35,759 nt of DNA, taken from IMG/VR virus record IMGVR_UViG_3300037608_000191, positions 1 to 35,759 of that record; one strand, 5' to 3'. This document shows, in pieces, positions 26,013 to 35,453 of the stretch. Under the pieces are notes generated by a model. The model made no database searches and was not told the origin of the DNA. It saw only the letters and a program-made list of their open reading frames with translations. The position numbers and the translations under genes are program-made. The stretch comes from a virus. Lineage: Duplodnaviria; Caudoviricetes. Numbering within the stretch: the stretch's first letter is position 1; each line of letters starts with the position of its first letter.

Positions 26013-26918
26013 ATGCCCAATACCCTCGGAACCACGAACGCCGATGTCATCGCCCAGGAGGCGCTGAAGGCGTTGCAGGCGTCGCTGCCCATCCTCGGGC
26101 AGATCGCGACGGACCACTCGAAGGAGAACGCCCGCTTCAACGAGCGGGTGATCGTGCACGAGGTTGCCGCGGCCGCCGCGGCGGACTTCAACCCGGCGAC
26201 CGGCTACGTCGCGAGCGATCGCACGCAGGTCGACATCCCGGTGACGCTGAACAAGCACAAGCACCACACCTACAGCGTCGGCGTCCAGGAGGCGTCGAGC
26301 TCGCGGGTGGACCTCATCAAGCGCTTCGGCCTGAACGCGGCCTACGCGCTCGGCGCGGCGGTGGTGAGCGACCTGTGCGCGCTGATCCTGGAGGCGGCGT
26401 TCGCGAACAAGACCACGAAGGCGCTGGGCGCCGGCGGGGACGGGTTCGACCGCAAGGCCTCGATCGCGGTGGGCACGGCGCTCTCGAAGCGCGGTGTCCC
26501 GGGGATGGGCCGCTTCATGCTGCTGAACCCGGACTACTACGGCAGCCTGAGCATGGACCTGACCATGCTGCAGGTGATGCTGGGCGGCGGCGCCGCGGCG
26601 GTGGAGAGCGGAAGGCTTCCGAGGGTGCACGGCTTCGACGTGTCGGAGTTCGTGGACCTCCCGGGCAACGGCGAGAACCTCGTCGGCTTCGCGGGGACGC
26701 GGACGGCGCTGGCGTTCGCGAGCCGCATCCCGGACGACCCCGGGCAGGGGCAGAGCAACGTCCGGATCTCGACGGTGACGGACGAGGCGACGGGCCTGAG
26801 CCTGCAGGTGCGCGAGTGGTACAACGCGGATCTCGCGAAGTTCTACCGCACCTACACCCTGATGTACGGCGTGGCGAAGGGCCAGGCCGCGGCGCTGCAG
26901 CGGATCGTCTCAGCCTAA
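26013..26918 (+). CDS. Major capsid protein (P22-coat-like rather than Mu gpT-like)
   Basis: Position after protease/scaffold, 301 aa, GGAG SD; VTLNKHK, GVP..GRFMLLNP, G.L.RVHGFDV, YGVA. Confidence 0.8.
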   Translation: MPNTLGTTNADVIAQEALKALQASLPILGQIATDHSKENARFNERVIVHEVAAAAAADFNPATGYVASDRTQVDIPVTLNKHKHHTYSVGVQEASSSRVDLIKRFGLNAAYALGAAVVSDLCALILEAAFANKTTKALGAGGDGFDRKASIAVGTALSKRGVPGMGRFMLLNPDYYGSLSMDLTMLQVMLGGGAAAVESGRLPRVHGFDVSEFVDLPGNGENLVGFAGTRTALAFASRIPDDPGQGQSNVRISTVTDEATGLSLQVREWYNADLAKFYRTYTLMYGVAKGQAAALQRIVSA

Positions 26919-26960
26919 GGCTGAGGGCGGAAACCTGAAACCTGAAAGGTGGGGACGAGC

Positions 26961-27353
26961 ATGAAACGCAAGATCATCTGGGCCGGCGCGCTGGCGCTGG
27001 CGCTCCTGCCGCTGGCGCTGCTGGCGGGGGACAAGGGGCCGCAGCGGGCGGAGGCGACGGTGACGACGAACTCGACGGCGGTGGCCCCGCCGATCGGGGA
27101 CACGGGCCGTTTCGACGCGCAGTGGATCGCACTGCAGGCGCCGGCGGGCGTCACGTCGGCGGTGTCCTACGTGGCGAGCGGCCACACGGGCACGATCGCG
27201 GCGGCGGCGACGACGGGCCTCATCTCGCTCACGAACGTTCCGACGATGTTCTACGGCGACTACTTCCGCGTCGTGGGGAACACGGACACGAACTTCACGA
27301 CGCTGGGATCGAACTCGATCTCGGTGAAGGTCATCGGGAAGGTCTTCGACTGA
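26961..27353 (+). CDS. Signal-peptide-bearing beta-rich protein directly after the capsid gene
   Basis: MKRKIIWAGALALALLPLALLA. Confidence 0.75.
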   Translation: MKRKIIWAGALALALLPLALLAGDKGPQRAEATVTTNSTAVAPPIGDTGRFDAQWIALQAPAGVTSAVSYVASGHTGTIAAAATTGLISLTNVPTMFYGDYFRVVGNTDTNFTTLGSNSISVKVIGKVFD

Positions 27354-27383
27354 ATGCCCGCCCCGGCTAGGGGCAATGCGCCG

Positions 27384-27421
27384 GGGGCCGGCCGTGCTGT
27401 TCCGGCCGGCCCCTTTCGCTT
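27384..27421 (+). terminator. Intrinsic terminator-like hairpin after the head genes
   Basis: 11-bp stem GGGGCCGGCCG/CGGCCGGCCCC then TTTCGCTT. Confidence 0.7.
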
Positions 27422-27430
27422 GAGGAACCC

Positions 27431-27853
27431 ATGCCTTACGTCACGAAAGCGGATCTCGAAGGGCTGATCCCTCCGCAGTTCCTGCTGGAGGCGCTGGACG
27501 ACGACGGCGACGGCGCGGAGGACGCGGGCCTTTGGGACCGGGTGGCGGCGCAGGCGGGCGAGGCGGTGGACGCCCTCCTGGGGCAGCGGTTCGCGGTGCC
27601 GTTCGCCTCCCCGCTGCCGGCGCTGGTGAGTCAGGCGGCGAAGATCTTCGCGGCGTCGGCGCTATACCGGCGCCGGGGCATGACCTCTGACCGCAACCCG
27701 TTTGCGAAGGAGGAGGAGCGGCTCTCGGTGAAGCTCTCGCGGATCGGCGAGGGCAAGGAGCCGCTGACGCCCGAGGCGGACCGCGCTCAGGACAGCATCA
27801 GCGTGATCTCGGAGGACGCGAAGACGTACCCGGCCGGGAGGCTGATCGTATGA
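27431..27853 (+). CDS. Mu gp36/DUF1320 head-tail adaptor
   Basis: MPYVTKADL..L..LDD..VDALLGQRFAVP..P.LV..LYRRR..L.RI.EGK..L. Confidence 0.88.
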   Translation: MPYVTKADLEGLIPPQFLLEALDDDGDGAEDAGLWDRVAAQAGEAVDALLGQRFAVPFASPLPALVSQAAKIFAASALYRRRGMTSDRNPFAKEEERLSVKLSRIGEGKEPLTPEADRAQDSISVISEDAKTYPAGRLIV

Positions 27854-28350
27854 ACGGCGCGTACACGCCGGACGTGCTGACGCGCGCGGTGCGGGACCAC
27901 TTGGCGGGCCTGAAGGTGGCGGGCATGAAGCCGGCGGCGTCGGTCGCGAAGGACCCGTGGCACGTGATCGAGATCCTCATGACCTCGCCGCGGGGCCTGC
28001 GCCTGGTGACGCACTGGGCGGGCGAGGAGCCGCTGGGGGACGAGCCGGAGGCGCCGCTCTCGACGCAGCGGGTGGAGGTCATCGTCGGTTACGCGCTGGG
28101 CCTGAAGTCGTCGGCGGACGCGGCGCTGGTGGAGAACACGGACGAGCGGCCGTCGCTGCTCCGGATCGTGGCGGAGGTGCGGGGCCGGGTGCTTTCGATG
28201 GCCTTCGGCGCGGGGGACGCGTCGGAGGGGTTGTTCCGGTACCGGGGCGCGGAGCCGGTGGAGACGCCGGAGGGCGTGCCGCTGGCGGCGTACCGGCTGA
28301 AGTTCGAACTCGATACGACGATGCCGGAGATCCGGCCCGTGGAGGTGTGA
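27850..28350 (+). CDS. Putative tail completion/terminator protein (gp37 position)
   Basis: Synteny, size, C-terminal AYRLKF strand. Confidence 0.6.
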   Translation: MNGAYTPDVLTRAVRDHLAGLKVAGMKPAASVAKDPWHVIEILMTSPRGLRLVTHWAGEEPLGDEPEAPLSTQRVEVIVGYALGLKSSADAALVENTDERPSLLRIVAEVRGRVLSMAFGAGDASEGLFRYRGAEPVETPEGVPLAAYRLKFELDTTMPEIRPVEV

Positions 28351-28351
28351 C

Positions 28352-28729
28352 ATGCCGAGGACCGCAGCACGCATTGTGGGAACCGCCGGCGCCGATGCCG
28401 TGTGGGGAATCGAGAGCGACTACCGCAGCCTCCAGTCGGGCCTGGTGGTGTCGGTCACGCGCAAGAGCACGGGCGAGAAGGACACGATCCTGGACTACGA
28501 GGGCTTCGTTGCGGCGGCGATCTACTTCGACGACCGCGAGGAGATCGAGCTCGAAGTCATCTGCAAGGCGGGTTCCAGCCCGACGGCGGCGCCGGTGCGC
28601 GGCACGACGCTGACGGTCGGCGCCTACAAGTTCCTGGTCGACGGCTCGGATCTCGCGTGGGAGCGGCGCGGGTGGAAGAAGCTGAAGACGCAGGCGACGT
28701 ACCACCCGAACGTGGAACTGCCGGCCTGA
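28352..28729 (+). CDS. Putative tail tube protein
   Basis: Beta-rich, immediately before the chaperone/tape measure genes; no sheath gene seen. Confidence 0.55.
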   Translation: MPRTAARIVGTAGADAVWGIESDYRSLQSGLVVSVTRKSTGEKDTILDYEGFVAAAIYFDDREEIELEVICKAGSSPTAAPVRGTTLTVGAYKFLVDGSDLAWERRGWKKLKTQATYHPNVELPA

Positions 28730-28760
28730 CCCCGGGCGGCCTGACGCGGAGGCGCGCGCA

Positions 28761-29156
28761 ATGGGCAATCCGAAGCGAGTGGTGCGGGCGTTCCTGCCCG
28801 AGGCGACGAAGGCGGCGGGGCTGACGCTGCTGCCGTTCACGGCGGGCACGATCCTCCTCCTGGAGAAGATCGAGCACCCGCTGGTGGACGACACGGCGAA
28901 ACGGGAGATGTCCAACGAGGAGGTCCTCGCGCTGGTGTTCATTCTGACGCGGCCGGTGAAGGAATCGAACGCGCTGCTGAACGAGGGGCCGGATGCATTC
29001 TCGGACGCGGTGATGGAGTTCGCGGGGACGATCCCGGTGGGCGAGTTGCGTCCGCTGGGACAGGCGATCCGCGAGCATTTCAAGGCGGCGCTTGCGACGG
29101 CGGCGCAGCCGGGGGACGCGCCCGAAAAAAAAGACGCACCGGCGGCGCCGGCGTAG
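28761..29156 (+). CDS. Tail assembly chaperone (lambda G-like)
   Basis: Position; A-AAA-AAA slippery site near the 3' end. Confidence 0.75.
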   Translation: MGNPKRVVRAFLPEATKAAGLTLLPFTAGTILLLEKIEHPLVDDTAKREMSNEEVLALVFILTRPVKESNALLNEGPDAFSDAVMEFAGTIPVGELRPLGQAIREHFKAALATAAQPGDAPEKKDAPAAPA

Positions 29157-29488
29157 ACGGCCCCGCCGCGCCGGAGCCGGGCGAGGGCGGGCTGCCGGGG
29201 CCGAAGTCGAACGGCCTGGGCTGGGTGCTGACGGTCTGCGACGCGGTGTGGAGCGAGTACGGGTGGAGCCGCGATGAAGTCCTTTTCGAGATCCCGCTGG
29301 AGCAGCTCTTCTGCATGTATGCCGCGATCGCGGCGCGCTACGGCAACGAGCGGAACGCCCCGACCTTCGAGGAGGAGGATCTCCTGGATGAACTTGAACG
29401 CCACGGCCTGCCGCCGTCGCGGCTGCTGGCGGCGATGCGGCGCCGCGCTCGCCACGCCGGAGCGAAGCGGAGGCGGATGAAGCGATGA
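29126..29488 (+). CDS. -1 frameshift extension of the tail chaperone (lambda T-like)
   Basis: -1 frame open from the A8 run (29125-29132) to 29488; YGWSRDEVLFEIPLEQL motif. Confidence 0.8.
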   Translation, partial: KKRRTGGAGVDGPAAPEPGEGGLPGPKSNGLGWVLTVCDAVWSEYGWSRDEVLFEIPLEQLFCMYAAIAARYGNERNAPTFEEEDLLDELERHGLPPSRLLAAMRRRARHAGAKRRRMKR

Positions 29489-30990
29489 ACCTTGCGGCGA
29501 CGATGTCCCTAGACACGGCCTCGTTCATGGGGCCGCTGCGCGGCGTGATGGGCGGGCTGCGGGGCCTGCTGGGAATCGCCGGCGCGGCGGGCGGCATCGT
29601 GGGCATGGTGGCGGGGCTGCGATCGGGGCTCAGGATGGGCTCGGAGCTTTCGGACCTGAAGGACCGCACGGGGGCGGCGGTGGGCGAGCTCGTGCTGCTG
29701 CGGCAGGCGTTCGATGACACGGGCGTCGGCGCGGCGGCGGTGCCGACGGCGATCCAGTACATGCAGAAGGCGTTGTCGGGGATCTCGGAGGAGGGCAAGC
29801 CGACCGTCCAGACGTTCAAGGCGCTGGGGCTGGACATGAAGGCGCTGAAGGGCCTGGCGCCGACGGATGCGATCCTGAAGATCGGCGCGGCGATCAACGG
29901 CCTCGGATCGGAGGCGGACAAGACCGAGGCGGCGATGGCGATCTTCGGCCGGTCGGGCGCTGCGCTGAAGCAGTTCTTCGCGGACCCGCAGGCGATCGAG
30001 AAGGTGCGGGCGGGCCTCGGGTCGCTTCCGCAGGTGTTGGAGCGGGACGCGGCGATGCTGGACAGCCTGGACGATTCGATCGGCCGGCTTCGGGCGAACT
30101 CGCGGGGCCTGTTCGTGGGGATCGCCTCGGAGGTGGCGCCGGCGCTGAACGGGATCCTGGACGGGCTGCGGGGCATCGACCTGACGCGCGTCGGCCAGCA
30201 GATCGGCCGCGTGGTCGCGATCCTGGGCGAGGCGTTCGCCTCGGGGAAACTGTCGGACTTGGTGGGCCTCTCGCTGACGGTCGGCCTGCAGACGGCGTTC
30301 TCGGCGCTCACGAAGGGGGACTTCTGGAAGGGGCTCGGGAACATCATCGTCGGCTCGTTCGCGGGCCTGCAGGCGTTCCTGTTCAAGATCTTCACGGCGC
30401 CGATCTCCTACCTCTCGGGCGGCATCCGCAAGGCGGTCGACGAGATGAAGGAGTGGCTGGGCGGGATCCCGAAGCTGGGCGAATGGATGGGCCTCTCGGG
30501 GCACAAGGCGCAGTCGTTCGACTACCACCGGCGCCAGGCGGAGCGGGAGAACCAGGTGCTGGGCGATGACTTCCAGGCCATAGCGGACGACTCAATGGCC
30601 CGGGGCCGGTCGCAGATGGCGGCGGCGTGGGACGCCGCAGCGGCGGACCTGACGCCGGAGAAGACCCGGTTGAACGACCTGCTGGGGGATCTCAACTCCG
30701 CGGTGGAGTCGCGGGCGGAGGAGCTTCGGGCGGCCTCGGCCGCGTCGGCGGCCGGGACGGGCTCCAACAGCCCGACGCCGGCCCTGTCGGAGGGTGACAA
30801 GGCCCGTGGGCCGGAGGTCGACCAGTGGGCCAAGGTCGGCCTTTTCGTCGGCGGAGGGGGCGGTCCGGCCCTGGACTACAACCGGCGGACGGCGCGGGCC
30901 ACGGAGCTGACGGCGGCGGCGGCGCGGCGGATGGCGGAGGCGATCGAGAACCTGGCGCCGACCGGCGCGGCGGTGTGGGCGAACGCATGA
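29485..30990 (+). CDS. Tape measure protein, 501 aa
   Basis: Ala/Gly-rich helical; ELSDL..RTG, AAMAIFGRSGA; follows the G/T-like pair. Confidence 0.85.
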   Translation: MNLAATMSLDTASFMGPLRGVMGGLRGLLGIAGAAGGIVGMVAGLRSGLRMGSELSDLKDRTGAAVGELVLLRQAFDDTGVGAAAVPTAIQYMQKALSGISEEGKPTVQTFKALGLDMKALKGLAPTDAILKIGAAINGLGSEADKTEAAMAIFGRSGAALKQFFADPQAIEKVRAGLGSLPQVLERDAAMLDSLDDSIGRLRANSRGLFVGIASEVAPALNGILDGLRGIDLTRVGQQIGRVVAILGEAFASGKLSDLVGLSLTVGLQTAFSALTKGDFWKGLGNIIVGSFAGLQAFLFKIFTAPISYLSGGIRKAVDEMKEWLGGIPKLGEWMGLSGHKAQSFDYHRRQAERENQVLGDDFQAIADDSMARGRSQMAAAWDAAAADLTPEKTRLNDLLGDLNSAVESRAEELRAASAASAAGTGSNSPTPALSEGDKARGPEVDQWAKVGLFVGGGGGPALDYNRRTARATELTAAAARRMAEAIENLAPTGAAVWANA

Positions 30991-31772
30991 GCGCAAAGAT
31001 GGCAGCGCGGTGGGTGGGCAGCCGGGAGATCCGGGAGGTGCCGGATAGCCCGGACTGGGATTTCTCCAACACGGATGACTCCTGCACGCGCGTCTTTGAA
31101 GGCCCGTATGACAAGATCCTCGCTTCGCCCCCGACCACGGGCCAGGTGATGGCGGGCGTGCCGGCGGGGTTCTACGTCGACCGCGTGAAGGTGAAGCGGC
31201 ACAAGTCAGGCAAGGGCACGATGACGGTCATGCTGTCGCGGAAGAAGAGCGGCACGGCGGCGGCCGGCCCGGAGCAGCCGCAGTACGAGGTGGAGTGGTC
31301 GAAGGTGGACCGGCCGCTGGAGACGCACCCGCGCTACGGCGCGGGGGGCGCGAAGGAACTGGCCGAAGAAGACCTCGTCGATATCGAGAAGTGGAAGGAC
31401 GAGAAGAACGAGTCGCTTCGGAAGGACTTCAAATACACCCCGTATGACGGGTCAACGTCGACGGTGGAGTTGGGCGCGTCTGCGAAGGACCTCGCTCGGA
31501 AGCTCCTGAAGGGGACGACGAGCTACCAGGTCTATGTCCCGGTGCTGCGGAAGACGACGCCGCGCCGGACGAAGAAGGCGGCTGCGGGCGCCGGGTTCCG
31601 GGACACGCCGAGCGCGGCGGAGTTCGGGACGCTGCCGGTGCAGAAGAGCGGCGCGGCCTACGTCTGGATGAAGACGGCAGACCGGTCGGTGAAGTCGGGC
31701 CGCAATGGCACGTGGAACGGCGTCGAGGAGTGGATGGGCTTCGACGCGGTGGACACGGATCTCTACTCATGA
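30987..31772 (+). CDS. Putative tail tip/distal tail protein
   Basis: ATGA coupled to the tape measure gene; RPLETHPRY motif. Confidence 0.6.
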   Translation: MSAKMAARWVGSREIREVPDSPDWDFSNTDDSCTRVFEGPYDKILASPPTTGQVMAGVPAGFYVDRVKVKRHKSGKGTMTVMLSRKKSGTAAAGPEQPQYEVEWSKVDRPLETHPRYGAGGAKELAEEDLVDIEKWKDEKNESLRKDFKYTPYDGSTSTVELGASAKDLARKLLKGTTSYQVYVPVLRKTTPRRTKKAAAGAGFRDTPSAAEFGTLPVQKSGAAYVWMKTADRSVKSGRNGTWNGVEEWMGFDAVDTDLYS

Positions 31773-32167
31773 AGCTCCCGGACATTCCCGCGCCTGGCGA
31801 GCCGATCCCCGCGTCGTGGGGGAAGGAGGTCGTCGAGTATCTCCGCTCGCTGACGCCGGTGGCGTCGCCGACCGTGCTGCCGCAGCAGACGCCGAACGGG
31901 ACCAGCTTCACCGCTTTGCCTCCGCGGCGGCGGCCCTCCGCGGACGTGCGGTCGCGGGATCGCGCGTTCGCCCGGGGCAAGGCGTGGCCCCGGTCGTCCT
32001 GGGGCGGCACACCGAGCCGGTGGTTGATCGTCTACGCGGACGGAGTCACGGCGCCGGCCTTCACCACGAAAGCCACGTTCGACGCCTGGTGCGCGGGCAC
32101 GCTGGAACTGGACAACGCGGAGATCTTCGACCTGGAGGCGGATGACATCCATGCGTGGATGCACTAG
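31769..32167 (+). CDS. Hypothetical tail-region protein
   Basis: ATGA coupling; PGEPIPASW N-terminus. Confidence 0.65.
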   Translation: MKLPDIPAPGEPIPASWGKEVVEYLRSLTPVASPTVLPQQTPNGTSFTALPPRRRPSADVRSRDRAFARGKAWPRSSWGGTPSRWLIVYADGVTAPAFTTKATFDAWCAGTLELDNAEIFDLEADDIHAWMH

Positions 32168-33686
32168 GCGCGCGCTGCAGGTGTGGGGCCTCGCGTCGGC
32201 GCTGTTCGCCGCCATCCTGGCGGCGCGGGCGCAGTGGTCCGTGGGCGAACTGTGGCCGTCGACGGCGGTCCACCGGCTTCCTTCCGAGCCGTTCGCCTCG
32301 AACGTGTGGGCGACCTGGTTCAACTCGACTTCCTTCGTCTTCGACGTGGAGCACGGCGTCACGAACGGGTGGACCAACCACTGGATGGCGGACATCCAGG
32401 TGGATCGGCTGGCAACGAACCTGTGGGGCTGGTGGCAGTCGCCGGCGGGCCGGACGAACTGGGCGGAGACGAACGGGCTGATGGCCTATGACCCGGGGCC
32501 GGACGACTTCGTGTTCACGCAGGTATTCTGGATCGCGTCGACGTCGATCGAGTGGGGCGAAACCAATCTGACGCTGACGGGCGGGGCGGCCGACCGTATG
32601 GCGTGGGAGAGCTACGAGGCGGGCTTCGAGCGATTCGCGGCGGCCTTCGGCTACGCGATCTCGGCGCACGAGGAGGGCTACGAGATCGAGGAGGAGCCGT
32701 GGTTCGTGGTGACGAACACGTACTACACGACGAACCTGCACCGGCGGGTGGACGTGGTGGGGCCGCGCTACTACAGGAGCGAGCGGGACGCACTGGTCGC
32801 GGCGAAGCAGACGATCGCGGCGCTGGCGCCGCACCACGTCATCCCGTGCCCGAGCAACGGCTACGAAACCCTTGCGGCCTGGAGCGAGGCGAATCCCACG
32901 AACGACTTCCCGCCGATGTGGACACCGGCCGGGCTGGTGGCATCGAACGGGCTGCCGGCGGGCTGGCTGACGTCGACACCGTGGCGATTCCTTCACGGCG
33001 AGGGCACAAACGTGCCGCAATGGGATGGCGTGCGGCGTTGTCTGAACTGCCTCGTCTGGACGAAGCGGGCGGCCGTTTGGCAGGGGACCAACTCCTACTG
33101 GAACTCGCAACGGTCATCGGGGCCGCACTGGGGCGCCGAGGGCTACGCTTACGAGACCTACGCCGAGGCCGTGGCGAACGCGGCGAGCAACGGGCCGGCG
33201 CCGGCGCCCGACTACCGGATCGAGGGGAGCGGGATCGGCGTCTACCGGGGTGGGCACTGGTCGACGGAGTGGCCGGACGAGTACCCGGAAGGCGACCCCG
33301 TACTGACCGGCTTCCACGCGGACGCCTCGTGCGGTCGAGGGCGGCTCGGCACGGGAACCGTGGCGAACCTGCGGAGCGCGACGGTGGAGATCTACACGCG
33401 CGCCTCGGCGATCGGGGAGCTTGACTGGGGCGGGGACGCGACGTGGCCGACGAACGGCGCCTGGGCGCTGGCCGCGTCGCTTACAGCACAAGCGAACGGC
33501 GTGTTCGTGCACGGCGACTGGGTCGGGCATGCCGGGCTGGGCCATCCCGGCTACGCCCCGGAGCCCCCCTCGGACACGAACGACCCGCCGGCGTTCACGT
33601 CGGCGTCGACGAACTTCGGATACTTGCTGTCCGAGCCGGTCATCATCTTCCGCCACGATGTCGACGGGGGCCTGCTGTTCCGATGA
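32142..33686 (+). CDS. Large Trp/Thr/Asn-rich protein with predicted signal peptide
   Basis: RRALQVWGLASALFAAILAARA-Q; long ORF in the operon. Confidence 0.75.
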   Translation: MTSMRGCTRRALQVWGLASALFAAILAARAQWSVGELWPSTAVHRLPSEPFASNVWATWFNSTSFVFDVEHGVTNGWTNHWMADIQVDRLATNLWGWWQSPAGRTNWAETNGLMAYDPGPDDFVFTQVFWIASTSIEWGETNLTLTGGAADRMAWESYEAGFERFAAAFGYAISAHEEGYEIEEEPWFVVTNTYYTTNLHRRVDVVGPRYYRSERDALVAAKQTIAALAPHHVIPCPSNGYETLAAWSEANPTNDFPPMWTPAGLVASNGLPAGWLTSTPWRFLHGEGTNVPQWDGVRRCLNCLVWTKRAAVWQGTNSYWNSQRSSGPHWGAEGYAYETYAEAVANAASNGPAPAPDYRIEGSGIGVYRGGHWSTEWPDEYPEGDPVLTGFHADASCGRGRLGTGTVANLRSATVEIYTRASAIGELDWGGDATWPTNGAWALAASLTAQANGVFVHGDWVGHAGLGHPGYAPEPPSDTNDPPAFTSASTNFGYLLSEPVIIFRHDVDGGLLFR

Positions 33687-33696
33687 AGCCGCGCGT

Positions 33697-33749
33697 GCAG
33701 AACCCGCACTGTAGGTGGCCCGCCGGGGGCCGGAAAGTAGGATGCCGCC
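33697..33749 (+). promoter_or_regulatory. Putative late promoter, copy 5
   Basis: CAGAACCCGCA (33698-708)-N29-TAGGAT-N6-ATG. Confidence 0.8.
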
Positions 33750-34511
33750 ATGTTTGATCCTGGCTTTGACTTCTTCATCGACGTGGCCGGCTACGGGGGC
33801 GTTGCGTGCCTCCTGTCGTCGAAGACCGGCTCGGACCTGCTGGGCTCGGAGCCGTCGATGGTGCAGGCGGACGCGGCGCCGCTGCGGCTGTACTTCCGGC
33901 GCCGGGCCGCGGCCGCCGGCGGCGTCTCGACGGCCGAGCAGCTCGCCGCGGGGACCCTCGTCTTTGCCGGGAAGCACGTGGACGATCTCGGGGCGGCCAC
34001 GCTCCTGTTCTCGGCGTCCTCGTTCGTGCTGACGGGGGAAGGCGACGACGTCCACTACCTGGGGACGCTGGCGCTGACGGACGCGGCGATCGGGACGAAG
34101 ATGGGGACCGGGAAGACCCTGTCGGTCCGGGTCGACGTGGAGTGGACGAGCACGGACGGCACGAAGCGGCTGACCTGGCAGTTCGACGCGATCATCCGGC
34201 GCCAGGTGTACGCCGGTGAGGCGGACCCGACGCCGGGGACGCCCACGTATCCGCACCCGGACCTGCTGGTCACGAAGATCCGCGGGACGGCCGCGATCGC
34301 GAGCGGCGCGTCGAGCGTCGTCGTGTCCGGACTGGGCCTCGGCGCCGCGCCCGCGCAGGTCCTGCCGGGCCTCCGCAAGCCCACTGCGGGGGCGCCGCAG
34401 ATTGGCGGCAGCGTCCTCGATGACACGGTCACCGCGGACGGATTCAGCTTCGAGCTCGACGCCGCGGCGCCGTCCGCCGGCTACAAGCTCGACTATCTCA
34501 TCATCCTGTGA
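33750..34511 (+). CDS. Putative tail fibre/baseplate-associated protein
   Basis: Beta-rich; C-terminal GTAAIASGASSVVV..TADGF..LDY resembles fibre-tip domains. Confidence 0.6.
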   Translation: MFDPGFDFFIDVAGYGGVACLLSSKTGSDLLGSEPSMVQADAAPLRLYFRRRAAAAGGVSTAEQLAAGTLVFAGKHVDDLGAATLLFSASSFVLTGEGDDVHYLGTLALTDAAIGTKMGTGKTLSVRVDVEWTSTDGTKRLTWQFDAIIRRQVYAGEADPTPGTPTYPHPDLLVTKIRGTAAIASGASSVVVSGLGLGAAPAQVLPGLRKPTAGAPQIGGSVLDDTVTADGFSFELDAAAPSAGYKLDYLIIL

Positions 34512-34519
34512 GGCCCACC

Positions 34520-35449
34520 ATGCGCACCCTTCTGATTGCCGCCCTCGCCGTCATGACCGCCGCCGCGCCGGCGGCGGCGCCCCGCAAGATCGACGCGCTT
34601 CTCCTCGGCGGGCCGGCCGACGCCGGCGGGCACGCCATCACGAACGCCGGCGACGTGACCACGGCGGCCGGCGCGAGTCTCACGAACGCGGCCGCCACCA
34701 TCGCCGGCGCCGTCGCCGTCACGACGGTCGTCCATGCGGCCGACGCGGACGGGGCCTACACGCTGAGCCCCGGCGCCGCCCTGTGGCGCGTCGTCTGCAC
34801 GAATGAGGTTTCCACGAACCGGACCGTCACCGTGGCGCTTCCCTCGCTGGCCGCATCGCTGCTCGCTGATGTGGAGATCCTGATGGTCGCATCGCAGACG
34901 GTGAGCGAGGTGTCGTTCACGACGAACTCGATCATCACGAACATCACCGCGGGGGCATCGCCGGACGACCTGGGCGGCACGTTCACCGGCCCCTTCGAGG
35001 AGTGGATGGACGGCCGGATGGTCTGGAAGCGCACCGACGAGATGGTGTGGATCTATCAGGGGGCCGAGGCGCCGTCGACCTGGACGCTGAACTACGCAGG
35101 GACGCCTCCGAACTTCAACGGGCCTGAGTACAGCGAGCTTGGCGGGTCACCGGCGGGCTCCTACACGGGGGACGAGGGCACCGGGGCGACGGGGACCTAC
35201 ACGGCCGTCGAGAGCGGGTCTGACATCGTGGTGACCGCTTCGTCGGGCGGCGAAACCAACATCGTCTACGACATCACGACCAACGCCGGCACGTCCGCTT
35301 CCTGCGTGCTGGCTGTCTCCGGATCGGTGCAGACCAACCTGGTTGACGGGCCTCTCACGAACGGCGCCCGGGTGGGTGCCAGTTCGTTGTTTTTCCGGTG
35401 GACGGGTGACCGTTGGACTTACCGCGGCGAGCGATCCTGGACCCCGTAG
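34520..35449 (+). CDS. Thr/Gly-rich protein with predicted signal peptide, last prophage gene (alternative start 34508)
   Basis: MRTLLIAALAVMTAAAPAAA; DAGGHAITN fibre-like motif; C-terminal FRWTGDRW. Confidence 0.7.
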   Translation: MRTLLIAALAVMTAAAPAAAPRKIDALLLGGPADAGGHAITNAGDVTTAAGASLTNAAATIAGAVAVTTVVHAADADGAYTLSPGAALWRVVCTNEVSTNRTVTVALPSLAASLLADVEILMVASQTVSEVSFTTNSIITNITAGASPDDLGGTFTGPFEEWMDGRMVWKRTDEMVWIYQGAEAPSTWTLNYAGTPPNFNGPEYSELGGSPAGSYTGDEGTGATGTYTAVESGSDIVVTASSGGETNIVYDITTNAGTSASCVLAVSGSVQTNLVDGPLTNGARVGASSLFFRWTGDRWTYRGERSWTP

Positions 35450-35453
35450 TCCC

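Noticed and set aside
26928-26948. GAAACCT x2.5 after the capsid gene
   Set aside because: Too short to call; possibly a remnant of a heptamer repeat family
33750-35449. Mu-type invertible G segment/gin
   Set aside because: No serine invertase, inverted fibre cassette or gix-like repeats seen
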